This document shows, one piece after another, positions 1-6,581 of a DNA stretch of 6,846 nt; positions within the stretch are counted from its first letter, which is position 1, and every line of letters starts with the position of its first letter. The stretch covers positions 1 through 6,846 of the forward strand of contig BAAFSQ010000426.1 of assembly GCA_054661495.1 (NCBI GenBank), written 5' to 3'. The notes below the pieces were generated by a model. That model saw nothing but the letters and a program-made list of their open reading frames with translations. It did no database searches and was not told the DNA's origin. The stretch comes from Zygophlyctis sp. KS116. Its lineage: Eukaryota > Fungi > Chytridiomycota. The position numbers and the translations under genes were made by a program.

Positions 1-217
1 CCATCCTTGCAAATCATTGAATTATTCATTTCTATTCCTGGACAATGGTCTATCAATGGAAACTCTCCTATTTCTTTATAGTTAATTATGACAGTGTACC
101 TAGTGTACCATCGGACGAGTTTTCGGACAAACACATATGTAATGAGAATAATACAAGACCTGTAATTATAAACATTAATAAAAAGAATCTGGAAGCTTTA
201 GTTTTCCGTATCATCAT
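1..217 (-). CDS. 5' part of an unknown signal-anchor/secreted protein (runs off the window); exons 217-100 and 73-<1
   Basis: Not in the ORF track. ATG at 217 gives MMIRKTKASRFFLLMFIITGLVLFSLHMCLSENSSDGTL (basic N-terminus plus hydrophobic helix). Removing a 26-nt intron (99-74) continues the frame stop-free as EIGEFPLIDHCPGIEMNNSMICKD to the edge. No homology recognised. Confidence 0.65.
74..99 (-). other. Spliceosomal intron, 26 nt
   Basis: GTACACTGTCATAATTAACTATAAAG; TTAAC branch-like motif, AAG acceptor, modal length for the window. An alternative in-frame donor lies 9 nt upstream. Confidence 0.6.
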
Positions 218-223
218 GAGAGA

Positions 224-248
224 TATTTGAAAGAGCTATTTGAAAGAG
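224..248. repeat. Direct repeat TATTTGAAAGAG x2
   Basis: Identical 12-mers at 224-235 and 237-248. Confidence 0.85.
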
Positions 249-265
249 AATAAATCCCGCGACTT

Positions 266-351
266 TAGGTCTGACAATCAGTAGGTCTGACCATCAGTAG
301 GTCATAAAGAAAGTACAAGTAGGTCTGACAATCAGTAAGTAGGTCTGACAA
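266..351. repeat. Imperfect tandem array of TAGGTCTGACAATCAG in the divergent promoter
   Basis: Copies at 266-281, 282-297 (1 mismatch), 298-303 (partial), 320-335 and 340-351 (partial). Confidence 0.9.
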
Positions 352-431
352 AAGGTCAAGTCAAACAGCCTGGCCAGAGTCCCAAATGCTTGCTCTTAAA
401 CCTAGAAGTGGCGTAAAATTCTTTAAAAAAA

Positions 432-1038
432 ATGCCAAAAATTAATTGTTCAAAGACTTACAAAGTCCCCAGAAGAGCATTTACTGCAGATCGCTTAGAC
501 GCTGAATTAAAGTTGGCTGGACAGTATGGACTTCGTAACAAGAGAGAAATCTGGAGAGTCGGTTTTACTCTTTCCAATTTGCGAAGAGCTGCCCGTGAGC
601 TATTGACTTTGGATGAAAAGGATCCTAAACGTCTTTTCGAAGGAAATGCTCTCATTCGTCGTCTAATCAGATCTGGAGTTTTGGATGAAACAAAGGCTAA
701 ATTGGATTATGTTTTGGGTCTAAAAATTGAAGATTTAATGGAAAGAAGACTTCAGACTCAAGTTTTCAAGTTGGGATTGGCAAAAAGTATTCATCATGCT
801 AGAGTTTTAATTCGTCAAAGACATATTCGGTAGTTTTTATATTGTAATTTTTAGTGTTGGAAAACAAATTGTCGATATTCCTTCTTTTATTGTTCGATTA
901 GATTCTCAGAAACACATTGATTTTGCTCTTACTTCTCCTTATGGTGGTGGAAGAGCTGGACGTGTCAAGAGAAAGAGAGCCGCCGCTGCTGCTGCTAAAG
1001 GAGCAAATGCTGGAGAGGAGGAAGAAGAGGAAGATTAA
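432..1038 (+). CDS. RPS9: 40S ribosomal protein S9 (uS4); exons 432-829 and 855-1038
   Basis: [71 protein letters not shown]. After the intron it continues [40 protein letters not shown]...EEEEED*. Confidence 0.98.
830..854 (+). other. Spliceosomal intron, 25 nt (RPS9)
   Basis: GTAGTTTTTATATTGTAATTTTTAG; removal restores HIR-VGKQ. Confidence 0.95.
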
Positions 1039-1150
1039 ATTAAAAAAGAGTAGAAATCTTTCTCTATTTTCTTAAGATTTTTTGAGTGTACTAGTCCTAT
1101 ATAAGATCCTGATAAATTTAGATTAAAGGGCAAGTGTATAACAGTAGGAA

Positions 1151-1413
1151 ATGAATAATATTCAAGCACAAATTGAACATTTACAGTCTAAATACATTGG
1201 TGCAGGTCATGCAGACATTACCAAACATGAATGGATTGTTAATCAACATCGAGACTCTATTGCTTCTTACATTGGTCATCCAAACTTGACTTCTTATTTT
1301 GCAATTGCTCAGAATCAGTCTAGAGAAAGGATAAAGGTCAATCTCTTACAGAAAATGATTCAGCCATGGTAATTTGTTATCTGTCTAATAGTAGTGGTCC
1401 TCCAAAGCCTTGA
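1151..1413 (+). CDS. SF3B5: Splicing factor 3B subunit 5 (SF3b10/Ysf3); exons 1151-1368 and 1395-1413
   Basis: EHLQSKYIGAGHADITKHEWIVNQHRDS is the SF3B5 signature. Splicing yields the conserved end MIQPCGPPKP*. Confidence 0.95.
1369..1394 (+). other. Spliceosomal intron, 26 nt (SF3B5), TAGTAG tandem acceptor
   Basis: GTAATTTGTTATCTGTCTAATAGTAG; the distal AG gives QPCGPP. Confidence 0.85.
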
Positions 1414-1472
1414 GCCTCAATCTCTTTATAAAATAAACTTGGTCTGTTAATTTCTTTAATGATATAAATCCT

Positions 1473-2156
1473 CTACAATAAAACACAATTTTTAGTTTTC
1501 TTGACTTTGGTGTGAGGAGCCAAAACTGCCCGAATTGCTTCATCAAATACATTTTTCAATCCTTTTTGAGTCAATGCAGAGCATTCTAGATATTTTATAG
1601 CATTAATTTCTTTAGCCATTTGAGATCCCTGAGGATAAGAAATTGGAGCCATTCTCTTGTCACGTAATTTCTCAATAGTCTCTCGATCCTCACGTAAATC
1701 CAATTTAGTACCAACAAGAACTAGAGGTGTGTTGGGTGCATGATGACTAATTTCTGGATACCACTTATACTTTAAGCAACAGAAATTACCTTTGTTCTAA
1801 CATTTTCAAATGAAGGTGGAGAGACCAGAGAAAAACAAATCAAGAAAACATCAGTTTGAGGATAAGAAAGTGGTCGAAGTCTGTCATAATCTTCTTGTCC
1901 TGCAGTATCCCAAAGACCTAAATTTATAGGTTTTCCATCCACCATGATATTTGCTGAATAATTGTCAAAACTGGAATTATTTTAGAGAAATTACACTGTA
2001 GGAATATATTCTCCTGGAAAAGCATTTGTTGTGTATGAAATTAGTACTTTTATACTTAGCGCTAAAATTACTTACGACATGTTTTTCCAACAGCTCTAAC
2101 TATTAAGAAAATAGTAATTACCCGTCACCAACAACGACACACTTGATGGACTGCAT
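1473..2156 (-). CDS. RAC1: Rac-family Rho GTPase, 192 aa; exons 2156-2122, 2095-2076, 2046-1995, 1970-1790, 1763-1473
   Basis: Spliced 579 nt: [43 protein letters not shown]...[24 protein letters not shown]...[11 protein letters not shown]. Has P-loop, Rac switch I, polybasic tail and CAAX box. Confidence 0.98.
1764..1789 (-). other. Rac1 intron 4, 26 nt
   Basis: GTAATTTCTGTTGCTTAAAGTATAAG; restores VRTK-WYPE. Confidence 0.95.
1971..1994 (-). other. Rac1 intron 3, 24 nt
   Basis: GTAATTTCTCTAAAATAATTCCAG; restores PTV-FDNY. Confidence 0.95.
2047..2075 (-). other. Rac1 intron 2, 29 nt
   Basis: GTAAGTAATTTTAGCGCTAAGTATAAAAG; restores KTC-LLIS. Confidence 0.95.
2096..2121 (-). other. Rac1 intron 1, 26 nt
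   Basis: GTAATTACTATTTTCTTAATAGTTAG; restores GDG-AVGK. Confidence 0.95.
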
Positions 2157-2197
2157 TCTCAGCTAAAACCTTTTTCTTAAAAAACTTCTACGCGAAA

Positions 2198-2278
2198 ATT
2201 CTCTTAAAAACGCGCAAATTCAAGCAGAATGACAATGAATTCTATACTGAAATATGCTTCAACTAGTCCAAATCTTTT
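2198..2278 (-). pseudogene. Decayed duplicate fragment of the UTP21 3' end
   Basis: 2198-2223 is identical (26/26) to 3742-3767, including EFARF* and the stop. 2232-2240 equals 3774-3782. 2249-2278 matches 3910-3940 with 2 mismatches and 1 gap. The blocks are colinear and in the same orientation. Confidence 0.9.
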
Positions 2279-2329
2279 ACTATTTAGCTGTAAAATAAAT
2301 TTTGAATAATTTTGATGTATTTTTCATTT

Positions 2330-2381
2330 GAGATTTGTAGAGACTTTTGGAGATTTTTTAGAAATTTTTTAGAAATTTTCA
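2330..2381. repeat. Degenerate 10-11 nt tandem repeat (GARATTTTTWA-like) x5
   Basis: gagatttgta gagacttttg gagatttttta gaaatttttta gaaattttca. Confidence 0.7.
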
Positions 2382-2396
2382 ACTTGAACAAAAGTT

Positions 2397-3557
2397 ATGG
2401 TGTCATACATGAAAAGAAGGTTTGTAGTTCTATTTTTGGCCTTTTGTATATTTTACTTGTCTCTTGCCAATTTCAAAATCTCTAAAAATTCAAAGATTGT
2501 ATTTACTACTTCTTCAGAATGCACAATTACTCTTTCGGACAAGGCGTTCAGTATTCCCTTGCAAGTTGAAAACAATTATTACTTTTCTAAACAATTTCGA
2601 CAGTATTTAAAGCAAAATCCTGATGGTTTAAAGGCTGTGGAATTAAGTACATTGATGTCCGAATATGTTGACATTGATAATTCAATCAGTTATTCAAAGA
2701 AAATAACTAGAAATCTTCGTATAACTTATCTTAATGCTGAAAGAGGAAAGTTTTGGTGTGAATTGGCACATTTGATTAAACAAGATTTGATTTTGGGAAA
2801 CACAGATGTCTGGATCATGAATGAATTTGATTTGGGAATGTCCAGATCAGATAATTCGTATACTATAAGGCTTTTAGCATATGCTTTGGGTCTAAATTAT
2901 GCTTTTGGAATTTAATTTCTAGAATTAAGTCATGGCAATTGGGATGAAATTAAAAGTGTACAAAATAATCATGGGAAAGATGAGTGGGGATTGCATGGTA
3001 ATGCAGTCTTGTCTATTTATCCTATAAAATCAGCTAAAATTATCAGATCTAGTGGAATTGAATATTTGTATAATCAGTCTTCTTTTTTTAATGCTTATGG
3101 TTCGGAAATGCGACTTGGAGGTAGAATGACTCTGTTTGCTCACATTGAAACTCCCAATGGTGACTTATTTTCAGTCGCGGCTTCTCACCAACAAGCTGGA
3201 ATGGAAGATTTAAAGTATGATCATCATAAGCATTATGTCATCTCTCTACTAAAAATGTATATTTTGCAATTAAATATGCCTGTTCTTTTTGGAGGTGATA
3301 TTTGGGGTGATCTTTGTAAAAATCTTGATTTAATGGAATTTATTTCAGTTAAGACTCCAATGGTTCATAAAATGTCTGATGGATCAATTAAATTTGGAGG
3401 AGGTGGTGGTGATTATATTTGTTCTTCTAAAGATGGAATTGAAAATGTCTCTCCTCCGACTATTGCTCCTGGAATCGGACATTCTAAAAATAGAAATGGA
3501 ACAGAAGTTTATATGGATCATCAAATGGTTTCATTTTCTTTCGATCTAAAAGCATAA
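2397..3557 (+). pseudogene. Endonuclease/exonuclease/phosphatase (EEP) family gene with N-terminal signal peptide/anchor, interrupted by one in-frame TAA (2913-2915); 386 aa if read through
   Basis: ORFs 2397-2915 and 2991-3557 share a frame, and the linker reads FLELSHGNWDEIKSVQNNHGKDEWGLHGN. EEP motifs: YLNAERG, DVWIMNEFDLGMSRS, LGLNYAFGI*FLEL, HGNAVLS.YPI, RLGGRM, FGGD, DYI, terminal DH. No introns found. Pseudogene status is uncertain. Confidence 0.8.
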
Positions 3558-3747
3558 AGGACTTTTAAGACTTTACACGCATGACAATAATTAAGTTGTT
3601 TAACTAATAAGATTTCAAGTCAGTTATGCACATGAATCGATTATAAAGCTAGATTCTTTATTATAAAGCGATCCATTGATAATGAAGTAAAGATTTATAA
3701 AATTTGATACTCTACCGTAAGAAACCGAATTTCTTCCCAGTATTCTC

Positions 3748-6563
3748 TTAAAAACGCGCAAATTCAATCAAACACAATGAATGCGCAAAACTCTGGTCCA
3801 ACCCCGCCCATCCTTGTTTTGTGAGGTTAAAAAAATCTCTAAGGGCAATCCGGAGGTTAGTGTTGTCAGATTGAATCAGATCTTGGCCATACAATTTCAA
3901 AAAGACGCAGAAATATGCTTGAACTAGTTCAAAATCTTTTCTAGATTTCAACTTTTCCAACATCTTCCTAGTAAATAGCTCCAGCTCTCTTGATTCATTC
4001 TCTACAGAGAGTGATCGAATATAAAGATCTAGAGATGATGGAGATAAGGTTTTTAAATAATCAAAAAATTCCATATCTACAATTTAAATTTCTTGTAAAA
4101 CTTACAGTTTTGAGATTCCAGTAATTGAGAAAATTTTGATTCGGGAAGAACTCTAGACAAATTTAGAATTTTAGATTCATTAGGCTCAATAGACTCCTTT
4201 TTCACAAATTTTCTTTCGACTCCAGGAAGAGATTCAAGGAAAAAAGGTGCCTTTTCTGGAGTTTTGGGTGGTTCAACGGGCATATTTCTTTTCTAACCAT
4301 GATTCTTATAAGTATTTTACCTTTATGGCATCCAGAGACAATAGATTCTGCCATTTAACTTTTGACAAGGTAGATAAGGTGATCATGTCATCATTAATTT
4401 CAGAAAGAGAGATTTTGGAAACATCAAAGGCATCATCAACAGTACATTCTTAACAGTTAAACTAAAATGATTACCGTTCTCTAAATCTTGATCTTGATTA
4501 CCACTAGGTAATGGCATTTCAGAGGTTCGAACAGTATTAGACCCAATATTACGAATAGGAACATTTTCATAGAGCGATCGATTCGCCCAAACGAAAAGTC
4601 CTAGTTGGTCGACATGAGTAGTTACTAAGAATTCACTGGTTGGTGAAAATGAGACTGATGTTGGGATATGAGGTACTTGAAATATATCAATTAAATAACT
4701 TGATGGAAGATCCCAGGTTCTGATAGTAGAATCTAAACTACAAGAAATAAGCCATCGCCCGTCTTTGCTAAAAGTAACATCAGTTATACGAGATTCATGC
4801 CCCCAAAATTCACGAATTATTTTTCGAGATTCAAGATCGAATATACGAATACATAGATCATCAGTGATAACAGCCAAAAGGCTGGTGTCTCTATGAATCT
4901 TTACAAAATTGATACAAGATTCAAAAGGAATTTGATGTAAAAGTTTTCCTGAACCAAAATCAAATATGCATAGAGTTTTATCTAAAGAGCCACTAATCAG
5001 CAAGCTATTTGTACTGTCTGTAACAATTGACACTACAGCTTTCGAATGACCTTCAATTTATATTTAAAATAAAAACCTTTAAATGCTCCTCTAAATTGCC
5101 CAGATTGCAAATTATATTTTTCAATATTCCCCTTTAAAGATCCAATGAATGCAAAATTTCCACAGGCACTTATAGCTACAGACTTTTGCTTTTAGAATAT
5201 TTATAATTTACCTTAACTGTAGATCCATCGTTTGGTGTAAATTTGTGTGTCCCTAAAGCCTTCTTTTGAGAATTCCAAGTATGTGCTACATTATTCTCTT
5301 GATGAAAACTCAAAATATTATCCCATTCTTTAGCACGAGTTTCACAAGCATCAAAATCCAGAATAGTGGGAAATCGCAAATTTTCAATAGATATTTGCAG
5401 CTTTTTGCTCTTCTTTGAGAGTGAGCCCTGAGAAAGTTCTGTATTCTGAGCATCTCTAATCATTGAAAAAGACCGTAATGTCTGATCTCTTCCAGCAGAC
5501 AGTAAATTTTTCCCGTCACTGCTATAGTGCTTTACTCGATGTGGCGGTTTAAAATGACCAGCTCTGGATTTTAGCAATCTAGGAATTCCATCCAAGCTAT
5601 CAAAGATCCACATCTTTATAGAATTGTCTGTAGAAGCAGTAATTAATAGCGGTTGATTTGGATAAAAATAACAGGAATGAATTAAACCATCATGCGCCCC
5701 TCTTTCGATATGAAATAGACGTCTTGTTTCTAAATTCCATAAAGCGACATCCCCTTCCATATTCGCTGTGGCCATTATAGGTTGTCCATCTTGATATTAC
5801 TAAATTGTAACATACCAGTTCTAAAAGAGATAGCCGAGACTCTCCCTTCTTGCTTAAAGCTCATAATCTCTTCTGCGCTCTTTATATCATATATAATAAT
5901 TCTTCCATCCAATAATCCAATAGCAATCACATCAACTGTAGGAGCTTGAACTAGAACAGTAATTGAAGACCCAAAACTAGGAAATTCGTAAATTAAAGAC
6001 ATTGATCTAATATTCCAAAGCTGCAAAATCCCATTTTGGCTGCCTAGTATAATCTTATTCAAGTATGTTGCCGGATGAAGAAATGCTGACGGATAAAAGT
6101 CATCATTAAATCCCAAAACATTGAGAACCTCAAAGGTAGAATGATCCCACATCCTAATGCAGTCAGAATACAATGCCAGTAAGATATTTCCAAAGACCAT
6201 CAATTGATGTATTGGTCCTCTTGCATCCTCGGAACAAAGCTTTCCAATCTAAAGATCAGACTTAAGTAAACTTACCTCCTTTGCTCTTTCGTAGATCAAA
6301 ACATGAGATCCTGAAGCCACAAATGTAAAATCCTTAAATGCAGCCATTGCTGAAATTGAATCATCAGCCTGCGATCCAACAAAAAGTAAATTTAGTTTCT
6401 CTCCATCATAGATCTGAAATGTTTTACCGATACATGTTGTAATTGCAAACGTTTGACCCCTCTGCTGAATGCAGATTGGGACATCATTGGTAATGTATCC
6501 CAATGCTCTAAATGGTGTAAAAAGTCCTATCGGTTAGCATCAGAGTCATATATTACCCTTCAT
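3748..6563 (-). CDS. UTP21: U3 snoRNP/SSU processome WD40 protein Utp21/WDR36, 864 aa; exons 6563-6557, 6526-6276, 6248-5816, 5789-5212, 5182-5077, 5050-4475, 4448-4321, 4292-4106, 4076-3748
   Basis: The spliced 2595-nt frame is continuous. Motifs: LFTPFRALGYITNDVP, HPATYLNKI, SFRTDGQP, PRLLKSRAGH, ISACGNFAFIG, WQNLLSLDAIKKRNMPVEPPKTPEKAPFFL, KDFELVQAY. Confidence 0.96.
4077..4105 (-). other. UTP21 intron 8, 29 nt
   Basis: GTAAGTTTTACAAGAAATTTAAATTGTAG; restores the frame. Confidence 0.9.
4293..4320 (-). other. UTP21 intron 7, 28 nt
   Basis: GTAAAATACTTATAAGAATCATGGTTAG; gives DAIK-KRNMP. Confidence 0.9.
4449..4474 (-). other. UTP21 intron 6, 26 nt
   Basis: GTAATCATTTTAGTTTAACTGTTAAG; restores the frame into ITLSTL...WQNLL. 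Confidence 0.85.
5051..5076 (-). other. UTP21 intron 5, 26 nt
   Basis: GTTTTTATTTTAAATATAAATTGAAG; gives FK-GHSKAV. Confidence 0.88.
5183..5211 (-). other. UTP21 intron 4, 29 nt
   Basis: GTAAATTATAAATATTCTAAAAGCAAAAG; gives TVK-SVAISACGN. Confidence 0.88.
5790..5815 (-). other. UTP21 intron 3, 26 nt
   Basis: GTATGTTACAATTTAGTAATATCAAG; gives FRT-DGQP. Confidence 0.93.
6249..6275 (-). other. UTP21 intron 2, 27 nt
   Basis: GTAAGTTTACTTAAGTCTGATCTTTAG; removes an in-frame stop. Confidence 0.92.
6527..6556 (-). other. UTP21 intron 1, 30 nt
   Basis: GTAATATATGACTCTGATGCTAACCGATAG; canonical GCTAAC branch; joins MKG-LFTPFR. Confidence 0.88.
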
Positions 6564-6581
6564 ATCAATTCAAAAAAACTT

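Noticed and set aside
45-230. 61-aa + strand ORF
   Set aside because: No recognisable features; it is antisense to a better-supported spliced signal-anchor gene.
266-351. CRISPR array or telomeric tract
   Set aside because: Units are 16 nt, mostly abutting with no unique spacers, there are no cas genes, the context is eukaryotic, and the array is short and internal.
458-655. 65-aa - strand ORF
   Set aside because: Antisense shadow of RPS9.
1130-1147. Possible GC-AG 5'UTR intron GCAAGTGTATAACAGTAG before SF3B5
   Set aside because: At 18 nt it is below the observed range, and there is no upstream ATG or coding constraint to support it.
2913-2915. Genome-wide reassignment of TAA to Glu/Gln
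   Set aside because: TAA ends RPS9 and UTP21 at expected C-termini, TAG ends Rac1 right after the CAAX box, and no other in-frame stops occur in more than 1300 spliced codons.
3640-3669. ATTATAAAGC x2 and a small hairpin between convergent stops
   Set aside because: Short and AT-rich; compatible with chance or ordinary 3'-end signals.
2198-3767. Transposon or LTR element carrying the EEP gene (LINE APE endonuclease)
   Set aside because: No reverse transcriptase, transposase, TIRs or poly(A) tail; the direct repeats are host UTP21 coding sequence and the EEP has a signal peptide.
4247-4453. 68-aa + strand ORF
   Set aside because: Antisense shadow of UTP21 exons.
3748-6563. UTP21 as several genes, a frameshifted pseudogene or programmed frameshifting
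   Set aside because: Every break is resolved by a 26-30 nt GT-AG intron, giving one 864-aa frame.
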